64,000 nt of DNA from Eledone cirrhosa (lineage: Eukaryota): positions 354,702,001 through 354,766,000 of the forward strand of contig OZ024743.1 in NCBI GenBank assembly GCA_964016885.1. Reading direction: 5' to 3'. The position numbers were made by a program, and so were the translations under genes. Below are positions 41,270 through 53,000 of this stretch, one piece after another. Position 1 is the first letter of the stretch, and every line of letters begins with the position of its first letter. Under the pieces are notes generated by a model, which was not told where the DNA came from, searched no databases, and saw nothing but the letters and a program-made list of their open reading frames with translations.

Positions 41270-44200
41270 GTGATGCTGATGATTGTCCTCATGCTGGTTG
41301 TTGTTGGTGGTAGAGATTGAGGTTTTTTTGTGATTCTGGTAATGGTGATGCTGATGATTGTCTTCATGCTGGTTGTTGTTGGTGGTAGAGATTGAAATGT
41401 TTGTGATACTTGTAATGGTGATGCTGATGATTGTACTGATGCTGGTTGTTGTTGGTGGTAGAGATTGAGGTTTTTGTGATACTGGTAATGGTGATGCTGA
41501 TGATTGTCTTCATGCTGGTTGTTGTTGGTGTTAGAGATTGAGGTTTTTGTGATTCTGGTAATAGTGATGCTGATGATTGTACTCCTGCTGGTTGTTGTTG
41601 GTGGTAGAGATTGAGGTTTTTGCGATTCTGGTAATGGTGATGTTGATGATTGTCTTCATGCTGGTTGTTGTTGGTGGTAGAGATTCAGGTTTTTGTGATT
41701 CTGGTAATGGTGATGCTGATGATTGTCTTCATGCTGGTTGTTGTTGGTGGTAGAGATTGAGGTTTTTGTGATTCTGGTAATGGTGATGCTGATGATTGTC
41801 CTCATGTTGGTTGTTGTTCGTGGTAGAGATTGAGGTTTTTGTGATTCTGGTAATGGTGATGCTGATGATTGTCCTCATGCTGGTTGTTGTTGGTGGTAGA
41901 GATTGAGGTTTTTGTGATTCTGGTAATGGTGATGCTGATGATTGTCCTCATGCTGGTTTTTGTTCGTGGTAGAGATTGAGGTTTTTGTGATTCTGGTAAT
42001 GGTGATGCTGATGAGTGTCCTCATGCTGGTTGTTGTTGGTGGTAGAGATTGAGGTTTTTGTGATTCTGTTAATGGTGATGCTGATGATTGTCCTCATGCT
42101 GGTTGTTGTTGGTGGTAGAGATTGAGGTTTTTGTGATTCTGGCAATGGTGATGCTGATGATTGTCCTCATGCTGGTTGTTGTTGGTGGTAGAGATTGAGG
42201 TTTTTGTGATTCTGGTAATGGTGATGCTGATGATTGTCCGCATGCTGGTTGTTGTTCGTGGTAGAGATTGAGGTTTTTGTGATACTGGTAATGGTGATGC
42301 TGATGATTGTCCTCATGCTGGTTGTTGTTGGTGGTAGAGATTGAGGTTTTTGAGATTCTGGTAATGGTGATGCTGATGATTGTCCTCTACTGGTTGTTGT
42401 TGGTGGTAGAGATTGAGGTTTTTGTGATACTGGTAATGGTGATGCTGATGAATGTCCACGTGCTGGTTGTTGTTGGTGGTAGAGATTGAGGTTTTTGTGA
42501 TCCTGGTAATGGTGATGCTGATGGTTGTCCTCGTGCTGGTTGTTGTTGGTGGTAGAGATTGAGGTTTTTGTGATCCTGGTAATGGTGATGCTGATGATTG
42601 TCCTCATGCTGGTTGTTGTTGGTGGTAGAGATTGAAGTTTTTGTGATTCTGGTGATGGTGATGCTGATGATTGTCCTCATGCTGGTTGTTGTTGGTGGTA
42701 GAGATTGAGGTTTTTGTGATCCTGGTAATGGTGATGCTGATGATTGTCCTCATGCGGGTTGTTGTTGGTGGTAGAGATTGAGGTTTTTGTGATTCTGGTA
42801 ATGGTGATGCTGATGATTGTCCTCATGCTGGTTGTTGTTGGTGGTAGAGATTGAGGTTTTTGTGATCCTGGTAATGGTGATGCTGATGATTGTCCTCATG
42901 CTGGTTGTTGTTGGTGGTAGAGATTGAGGTTTTTGTGATCCTGGTAATGGTGATGCTGATGATTGTCCTCATGCTGGTTGTTGTTGGTGGTAGAGATTGA
43001 GGTTTTTGTGATCCTGGTAATGGTGATGGTGATGGTTGTCCTCGTGCTGGTTGATGTTGGTGGTAGAGATTGAGGTTTTTGTGATCCTGGTAATGGTGAT
43101 GCTGATGATTGTCCTCATGCTGGTTGTTGTTGGTAGAGATTGAGGTTTTTGTGATCCTGGTAATGGTGATGCTGATGATTGTCCTCATGCTGGTTGTTGT
43201 TGGTGGTAGAGATTGACGTTTTTGTGATCCTGGTAATGGTGATGCTGATGATTGTCCTCATGCTGGTTGTTGTTGGTGATAGAGATTGAGGTTTTTGTGA
43301 TTCTGGTAATGGTGATGCTGATGATTGTCTTCATGCTGGTTGTTGTTGGTGGTAGAGATTGATGTTTTTGTGATTCTGGTAATGGTGATGCTGATGATTG
43401 TACTCCTGCTGGTTGTTGTTGGTGGTAGAGATTGAGGTTTTTGTGATTCTGGTAATGGTGATGCTGATGATTGTCTCATGCTGGTTGTTGTTCGTGGTAG
43501 AGATTGAGGTTTTTGTGATACTGGTAATGGTGATGCTGATGATTGTCCTCATGCTGGTTGTTGTTGGTGGTAGAGATTGAGGTTTTTGAGATTCTGGTAA
43601 TGGTGATGCTGATGATTGTCCTCTACTGGTTGTTGTTGGTGGTAGAGATTGAGGTTTTTGTGATACTGGTAATGGTGATGCTGATGAATGTCCTCGTGCT
43701 GGTTGTTGTTGGTGGTAGAGATTGAGGTTTTTTTGATCCTGGTAATGGTGATGCTGATGGTTGTCCTCGTGCTGGTTGTTGTTGGTGGTAGAGATTGAGG
43801 TTTTTGTGATCCTGGTAATGGTGATGCTGATGATTGTCCTCATGCTGGTTGTTGTTGGTAGAGATTGAGGTTTTTGTGATTCTGGTAATGGTGATGCTGA
43901 TGATTGTCCTCATGCTGGTTGTTGTTGGTGGTAGAGATTGACGTTTTTGTGATCCTGGTAATGGTGATGCTGATGATTGTCCTCATGCTGGTTGTTGTTG
44001 GTGGTAGAGATTGAGGTTTTTTTGTGATTCTGGTAATGGTGATGCTGATGATTGTCTTCATGCTGGTTGTTGTTGGTGGTAGAGATTGAAATTTTTGTGA
44101 TACTTGTAATGGTGATGCTGATGATTGTACTGATGCTGGTTGTTGTTGGTGGTAGAGATTGAGGTTTTTGTGATACTGGCAATGGTGATGCTGATGATTG

Positions 44201-46545
44201 TCTTCATGCTGGTTGTTGTTGGTGTTAGAGATTGAGGTTTTTGTGATTCTGGTAATAGTGATGCTGATGATTGTACTCCTGCTGGTTGTTGTTGGTGGTA
44301 GAGATTGAGGTTTTTGCGATTCTGGTAATGGTGATGTTGATGATTGTCTTCATGCTGGTTGTTGTTGGTGGTAGAGATTCAGGTTTTTGTGATTCTGGTA
44401 ATGGTGATGCTGATGATTGTCTTCATGCTGGTTGTTGTTGGTGGTAGAGATTGAGGTTTTTGTGATTCTGGTAATGGTGATGCTGATGATTGTCCTCATG
44501 TTGGTTGTTGTTCGTGGTAGAGATTGAGGTTTTTGTGATTCTGGTAATGGTGATGCTGATGATTGTCCTCATGCTGGTTGTTGTTGGTGGTAGAGATTGA
44601 GGTTTTTGTGATTCTGGTAATGGTGATGCTGATGATTGTCCTCATGCTGGTTTTTGTTCGTGGTAGAGATTGAGGTTTTTGTGATTCTGGTAATGGTGAT
44701 GCTGATGAGTGTCCTCATGCTGGTTGTTGTTCGTGGTAGAGATTGAGGTTTTTGTGATTCTGTTAATGGTGATGCTGATGATTGTCCTCATGCTGGTTGT
44801 TGTTGGTGGTAGAGATTGAGGTTTTTGTGATTCTGGCAATGGTGATGCTGATGATTGTCCTCATGCTGGTTGTTGTTGGTGGTAGAGATTGAGGTTTTTG
44901 TGATTCTGGTAATGGTGATGCTGATGATTGTCCTCATGCTGGTTGTTGTTCGTGGTAGAGATTGAGGTTTTTGTGATACTGGTAATGGTGATGCTGATGA
45001 TTGTCCTCATGCTGGTTGTTGTTGGTGGTAGAGATTGAGGTTTTTGAGATTCTGGTAATGGTGATGCTGATGATTGTCCTCTACTGGTTGTTGTTGGTGG
45101 TAGAGATTGAGGTTTTTGTGATACTGGTAATGGTGATGCTGATGAATGTCCTCGTGCTGGTTGTTGTTGATGGTAGAGATTGAGGTTTTTGTGATCCTGG
45201 TAATGGTGATGCTGATGGTTGTCCTCGTGCTGGTTGTTGTTGGTGGTAGAGATTGAGGTTTTTGTGATCCTGGTAATGGTGATGCTGATGATTGTCCTCA
45301 TGCTGGTTGTTGTTGGTGGTAGAGATTGAAGTTTTTGTGATTCTGGTGATGGTGATGCTGATGATTGTCCTCATGCTGGTTGTTGTTGGTGGTAGAGATT
45401 GAGGTTTTTGTGATCCTGGTAATGGTGATGCTGATGATTGTCCTCATGCGGGTTGTTGTTTGTGGTAGAGATTGAGGTTTTTGTGATTCTGGTAATGGTG
45501 ATGCTGATGATTGTCCTCATGCTGGTTGTTGTTGGTGGTAGAGATTGAGGTTTTTGTGATCCTGGTAATGGTGATGCTGATGATTGTCCTCATGCTGGTT
45601 GTTGTTGGTGGTAGAGATTGAGGTTTTTGTGATCCTGGTAATGGTGATGCTGATGATTGTCCTCATGCTGGTTGTTGTTGGTGGTAGAGATTGAGGTTTT
45701 TGTGATCCTGGTAATGGTGATGGTGATGGTTGTCCTCGTGCTGGTTGATGTTGATGGTAGAGATTGAGGTTTTTGTGATCCTGGTAATGGTGATGCTGAT
45801 GATTGTCCTCATGCTGGTTGTTGTTGGTAGAGATTGAGGTTTTTGTGATCCTGGTAATGGTGATGCTGATGATTGTCCTCATGCTGGTTGTTGTTGGTGG
45901 TAGAGATTGACGTTTTTGTGATTCTGGTAATGGTGATGCTGATGATTGTCCTCATGCTGGTTGTTGTTGGTGGTAGAGATTGAGGTTTTTGTGATTCTGG
46001 TAATGGTGATGCTGATGATTGTCTTCATGCTGGTTGTTGTTGGTGGTAGAGATTGATGTTTTTGTGATTCTGGTAATGGTGATGCTGATGATTGTACTCC
46101 TGCTGGTTGTTGTTGGTGGTAGAGATTGAGGTTTTTGTGATTCTGGTAATGGTGATGCTGATGATTGTCTCATGCTGGTTGTTGTTCGTGGTAGAGATTG
46201 AGGTTTTTGTGATACTGGTAATGGTGATGCTGATGATTGTCCTCATGCTGGTTGTTGTTGGTGGTAGAGATTGAGGTTTTTGAGATTCTGGTAATGGTGA
46301 TGCTGATGATTGTCCTCTACTGGTTGTTGTTGGTGGTAGAGATTGAGGTTTTTGTGATACTGGTAATGGTGATGCTGATGAATGTCCTCGTGCTGGTTGT
46401 TGTTGGTGGTAGAGATTGAGGTTTTTTTGATCCTGGTAATGGTGATGCTGATGGTTGTCCTCGTGCTGGTTGTTGTTGGTGGTAGAGATTGAGGTTTTTG
46501 TGATCCTGGTAATGGTGATGCTGATGATTGTCCTCATGCTGGTTG
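41270..46545 (+). repeat. Tandem duplication, 2694-bp unit (37 monomers), 2 copies
   Basis: ORF pairs sit at offset 2694 (41948/44642, 42167/44861, 42823/45517, 43258/45952, 43623/46317). The T7 tract recurs at ~41323/44017. Confidence 0.9.
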
Positions 46546-49149
46546 TTGTTGGTGGTAGAGATTGAGGTTTTTGTGATTCTGGTGATGGTGATGCTGATGA
46601 TTGACCTCATGCTGGTTGTTGTTGGTGGTAGAGATTGAGGTTTTTGTGATTCTGGTGATGGTGATGCTGATGATTGTCCTCATGCTGGTTGTTGTTGGTG
46701 GTAGATATTGATGTTTTTGTGATCCTGGTAATGGTGATGCTGATGATTGTCCTCATGCGGGTTGTTGTTGGTGGTAGAGATTGTGGTTTTTGTGATTCTG
46801 GTAATGGTGATGCTGATGATTGTCCTCATGCTGGTTGTTGTTGGTGGTAAAGATTGAGGTTTTGTGATCCTGGTAATGGTGATGCTGATGATTGTCCTCA
46901 TGCTGGTTGTTGTTGGTGGTAGAGATTGACGTTTTTGTGATCCTGGTAATGGTGATGCTGATGATTGTCCTCATGCTGGTTGTTGTTGGTGGTAGAGATT
47001 GACGTTTTTGTGATCCTGGTAATGGTGATGCTGATGATTGTCCTCATGCTGGTTGTTGTTGGTGGTAGAGATTGAGGTTTTTGTGATTCTGGAAATGGTG
47101 ATGCTGATGATTGTCTTCATGCTGGTTGTTGTTGGTGGTAGAGATTGATGTTTTTGTGATTCTGGTAATGGTGATGCTGATGATTGTACTCATGCTGGTT
47201 GTTGTTGGTGGTAGAGATTGAGGTTTTTGTGATTCTGGTAATGGTGATGCTGATGATTGTCCTCATGCTGGTTGTTGTTCGTGGTAGAGATTGAGGTTTT
47301 TGTGATTCTGGTAATAGCGATGCTGATGATTGTCCTCATGCTGGTTGTTGTTGGTGGTAGAGATTGAGGTTTTTGTGATACTGGTAATGGTGATGCTGAT
47401 GATTGTCCTCTACTGGTTGTTGTTGGTGGTAGAGATTGAGGTTTTTGTGATACTGGTAATGGTGATGCTGATGAATGTCCTCGTGCTGGTTGTTGTTGGT
47501 GGTAGAGATTGAGGTTTTTTTGATCCTGGTAATGGTGATGCTGATGGTTGTCCTCGTGCTGGTTGTTGTTGGTGGTAGAGATTGAGGTTTTTGTGATCCT
47601 GGTAATGGTGATGCTGATGATTGTCCTCATGCTGGTTGTTGTTGGTGGTAGAGATTGAGGTTTTTGTGATTCTGGTAATGGTGATGCTGATGATTGTCCT
47701 CATGCTGGTTGTTGTTGGTGGTAGAGATTGAGGTTTTTGTGATTCTGGTGATGGTGATGCTGATGATTGTCCTCATGCTGGTTGTTGTTGGTGGTAGAGA
47801 TTGAGGTTTTTGTGATTCTGGTGATGGTGATGCTGATGATTGTCCTCATGCTGGTTGTTGTTGGTGGTAGAGATTGAGGTTTTTGTGATCCTGGTAATGG
47901 TGATGCTGATGATTGTCCTCATGCGGGTTGTTGTTGGTGCTAGAGATTGTGGTTTTTGTGATTCTGGTAATGGTGATGCTGATGATTGTCCTCATGCTGG
48001 TTGTTGTTGGTGGTAAAGATTGAGGTTTTTGTGATCCTGGTAATGGTGATGCTGATGATTGTCCTCATGCTGGTTGTTGTTGGTGGTAGAGATTGAGGTT
48101 TTTGTGATTCTGGTAATGGTGATGCTGATGATTGTCCTCATGCTGGTTGTTGTTGGTGGTAGAGATTGACGTTTTTGTGATCCTGGTAATGGTGATGCTG
48201 ATGATTGTCCTCATGCTGGTTGTTGTTGGTGGTAGAGATTGACGTTTTTGTGATCCTGGTAATGGTGATGCTGATGATTGTCCTCATGCTGGTTGTTGTT
48301 GGTGGTAGAGATTGAGGTTTTTGTGATTCTGGTAATGGTGATGCTGATGATTGTCTTCATGGTGGTTGTTGTTGGTGGTAGAGATTGATGTTTTTGTGAT
48401 TCTGGTAATGGTGATGCTGATGATTGTACTCCTGCTGGTTGTTGTTGGTGGTAGAGATTGAGGTTTTTGTGATTCTGGTAATGGTGATGCTGATGATTGT
48501 CCTCATGCTGGTTGTTGTTCGTGGTAGAGATTGAGGTTTTTGTGATTCTGGTAATAGCGATGCTGATGATTGTCCTCATGCTGGTTGTTGTTGGTGGTAG
48601 AGATTGAGGTTTTTGTGATACTGGTAATGGTGATGCTGATGATTGTCCTCATGCTGGTTGTTGTTGGTGGTAGAGATTGAGGTTTTTGTAATTCTGGTAA
48701 TGGTGATTCTGATGATTGTGCTTATGCTGGTTGTTGTTGGTGGTAGAGATTGAGGTTTTTGAGATTCTGGTAATGGTGATGCTGATGATTGTCCTCATGC
48801 TGGTTGTTGTTGGTGGTAGAGATTGAGGTTTTTGTAATTCTGGTAATGGTGATTCTGATGATTGTGCTGATGCTGGTTGTTGTTGGTGGTAGAGATTGAG
48901 GTTTTTGTGATTCTGGTAATGGTGATGCTGATGATTGTCCTCATGCTGGTTGTTGTTGGTGGTAGAGATTGAGGTTTTTGTGATACTGGTAATGGTGATG
49001 CTGATGATTGTCCTCATGCTGGTAGTTGTTGGTGGTAGAGATTGAGGTTTTTGTGATACTGGTAATGGTGATGCTGATGATTGTCCTCATGCTGGTTGTT
49101 GTTCGTGGTAGAGGTTGAGGTTTTTGTGATTCTGGTAATGGTGATGCTG

Positions 49150-49640
49150 ATGATTGTCTTCATGCTGGTTGTTGTTGGTGGTAGAGATTGAGGTTTTTGT
49201 GATTCTGGTAATGGTGATGCTGATGATTGTCTTCATGCTGGTGTTGTTCGTGGTAGAGATTGAGGTTTTTGTGATTCTGGTAATGGTGATGCTGATGATT
49301 GTCTTCATGCTGGTTGTTGTTGGTGGTAGAGATTGAGGTTTTTGTGATTCTGGTAATGGTGATGCTGATGATTGTCTTCATGCTGGTGTTGTTCGTGGTA
49401 GAGATTGAGGTTTTTGTGATCCTGGTAATGGTGATGCTGATGATTGTCTTCATGCTGGTTGTTGTTGGTGGTAGAGATTGAGGTTTTTGTGATTCTGGTA
49501 ATGGTGATGCTGATGATTGTCTTCATGCTGGTGTTGTTCGTGGTAGAGATTGAGGTTTTTGTGATTCTGGTAATGGTGATGCTGATGATTGTCTTCATGC
49601 TGGTTGTTGTTGGTGGTAGAGATTGAGGTTTTTGTGATTC
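49150..49640 (+). repeat. 145-bp (73+72) dimeric HOR, 3 copies
   Basis: The one-base deletion variant GCTGGTGTTGTTCGTGG occurs at ~49237, 49382 and 49527. Confidence 0.88.
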
Positions 49641-51199
49641 TGGTAATGGTGATGCTGATGATTGTCCTCATGTTGGTTGTTGTTCGTGGTAGAGATTGAG
49701 GTTTTTGTGATTCTGGTAATGGTGATGCTGATGATTGTCCTCATGCTGGTTGTTGTTGGTGGTAGAGATTGAGGTTTTTGTGATTCTGGTAATGGTGATG
49801 CTGATGATTGTCCTCATGCTGGTTGTTGTTTGTGGTAGAGATTGAGGTTTTTGTGATTCTGGTAATGGTGATGCTGATGAGTGTCCTCATGCTGGTTGTT
49901 GTTCGTGGTAGAGATTGAGGTTTTTGTGATTCTGTTAATGGTGATGCTGATGATGGTCTTCATGCTGGTTGTTGTTGGTGGTAGAGATTGAGGTTTTTGT
50001 GATTCTGGTAATGGTGATGCTGATGATTGTCCTCATGATGGTTGTTGTTGGTGGTAGAGATTGAGGTTTTTGTGATTCTGGTAATGGTGATGCTGATGAT
50101 TGTCCTCATGCTGGTTGTTGTTCGTGGTAGAGATTGAGGTTTTTGTGATACTGGTAATGGTGATGCTGATGATTGTCCTCATGCTGGTTGTTGTTGGTGG
50201 TAGAGATTGAGGTTTTTGAGATTCTGGTAATGGTGATGCTGATGATTGTCCTCTACTGGTTGTTGTTGGTGGTAGAGATTGAGATTTTTGTGATACTGGT
50301 AATGGTGATGCTGATGAATGTCCTCGTGCTGGTTGTTGTTGGTGGTAGAGATTGAGGTTTTTGTGATCCTGGTAATGGTGATGCTGATGGTTGTCCTCGT
50401 GCTGGTTGTTGTTGGTGGTAGAGATTGAGGTTTTTGTGATCCTGGTAATGGTGATGCTGATGATTGTCCTCATGCTGGTTGTTGTTGGCGGTAGAGATTG
50501 AGGTTTTTGTGATTCTGGTAATGGTGATGCTGATGATTGTCTTCATGCTGGTGTTGTTGGTGGTAGAGATTGAGGTTTTTGTGATTCTGGTAATGGTGAT
50601 GCTGATGATTGTCCTCATGCTGGTTGTTGTTGGTGGTAGAGATTGAGGTTTTTGTGATCCTGGTAATGGTGATGCTGATGATTGTCCTCATGCGGGTTGT
50701 TGTTGGTGGTAGAGATTGAGGTGTTTGTGATTCTGGTAATGGTGATGCTGATGATTGTCCTCATGCTGGTTGTTGTTGGTGGTAGAGATTGAGGTTTTTG
50801 TGATCCTGGTAATGGTGATGCTGATGATTGTCCTCATGCTGTTGTTGTTGGTGGTAGAGATTGAGGTTTTTGTGATTCTGGTAATGGTGATGCTGATGAT
50901 TGTCCTCATGCTGGTTGTTGTTGGTGGTAGAGATTGAGGTTTTTGTGATTCTGGTAATGGTGATGCTGATGATTGTCCTCATGCTGGTTGTTGTTGGTGG
51001 TAGAGATTGAGGTTTTTGTGATTCTGTTAATGGTGATGCTGATGATTGTCCTCATGCTGGTTGTTGTTGGTGGTAGAGATTGAGGTTTTTGTGATCCTGG
51101 TAATGGTGATGCTGATGATTGTCCTCATGCTGGTTGTAGTTGGTGGTAGAGATTGAGGTTTTTGTTATTCTGGTAATGGTGATGCTGATGATTGTCCTC

Positions 51200-53000
51200 A
51201 TGCTGGTTGTTGTTGGTGGTAGAGATTGAGGTTTTTGTGATCCTGGTAATGGTGATGCTGATGATTGTCCTCATGCTGGTTGTTGTTGGTAGAGATTGAG
51301 GTTTTTGTGATCCTGGTAATGGTGATGCTGATGATTGTCCTCATGCTGGTTGTTGTTGGTGGTAGAGATTGACGTTTTTGTGATCCTGGTAATGGTGATG
51401 CTGATGATTGTCCTCATGCTGGTTGTTGTTGGTGGTAGAGATTGAGGTTTTTGTGATTCTGGTAATGGTGATGCTGATGATTGTCCTCATGCTGGTTGTT
51501 GTTGGTGGTAGAGATTGAGCTTTTTGTGATCCTGGTAATGGTGATGCTGATGATTGTCCTCATGCTGGTTGTTGTTGGTGGTAGAGATTGAGGTTTTTGT
51601 GATTCTGGTAATGGTGATGCTGATGATTGTCCTCATGCTGGTTGTTGTTGGTGGTAGAGATTGAGGTTTTTGTGATCCTGGTAATGGTGATGCTGATGGT
51701 TGTCCTCGTGCTGGTTGATGTTGGTGGTAGAGATTGAGGTTTTTCTGATCCTGGTAATGGTGATGCTGATGATTGTCCTCATGCTGGTTGTTGTTGGTAG
51801 AGATTGAGGTTTTTGTGATCCTGGTAATGGTGATGCTGATGATTGTCCTCATGCTGGTTGTTGTTGGTGGTAGAGATTGACGTTTTTGTGATCCTGGTAA
51901 TGGTGATGCTGATGATTGTCCTCATGCTGGTTGTTGTTGGTGGTAGAGATTGAGGTTTTTGTGATTCTGGTAATGGTGATGCTGATGATTGTCCTCATGC
52001 TGGTTGTTGTTGGTGGTAGAGATTGAGCTTTTTGTGATCCTGGTAATGGTGATGCTGATGATTGTCCTCATGCTGGTTGTTGTTGGTGGTAGAGATTGAG
52101 GTTTTTGTGATTCTGGTAATGGTGATGCTGATGATTGTCCTCATGCTGGTTGTTGTTGGTGGTAGAGATTGAGGTTTTTGTGATCCTGGTAATGGTGATG
52201 CTGATGGTTGTCCTCGTGCTGGTTGATGTTGGTGGTAGAGATTGAGGTTTTTGTGATCCTGGTAATGGTGATGCTGATGATTGTCCTCATGCTGGTTGTT
52301 GTTGGTAGAGATTGAGGTTTTTGTGATCCTGGTAATGGTGATGCTGATGATTGTCCTCATGCTGGTTGTTGTTGGTGGTAGAGATTGACGTTTTTGTGAT
52401 CCTGGTAATGGTGATGCTGATGATTGTCCTCATGCTGGTTGTTGTTGGTGGTAGAGATTGAGGTTTTTGTGATTCTGGTAATGGTGATGCTGATGATTGT
52501 CCTCATGCTGGTTGTTGTTGGTGGTAGAGATTGAGCTTTTTGTGATCCTGGTAATGGTGATGCTGATGATTGTCCTCATGCTGGTTGTTGTTGGTGGTAG
52601 AGATTGAGGTTTTTGTGATTCTGGTAATGGTGATGCTGATGATTGTCCTCATGCTGGTTGTTGTTGGTGGTAGAGATTGAGGTTTTTGTGATCCTGGTAA
52701 TGGTGATGCTGATGGTTGTCCTCGTGCTGGTTGATGTTGGTGGTAGAGATTGAGGTTTTTCTGATCCTGGTAATGGTGATGCTGATGATTGTCCTCATGC
52801 TGGTTGTTGTTGGTAGAGATTGAGGTTTTTGTGATCCTGGTAATGGTGATGCTGATGATTGTCCTCATGCTGGTTGTTGTTGGTGGTAGAGATTGACGTT
52901 TTTGTGATCCTGGTAATGGTGATGCTGATGATTGTCCTCATGCTGGTTGTTGTTGGTGGTAGAGATTGAGGTTTTTGTGATTCTGGTAATGGTGATGCTG
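51200..53000 (+). repeat. 508-bp heptameric HOR (6 x 73 + 70), ~3.5 copies
   Basis: GACGTTTTT occurs at ~51371/51879/52387/52895 and GAGCTTTTT at ~51517/52025/52533. ORFs start at 51487/51995/52503. Confidence 0.92.
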
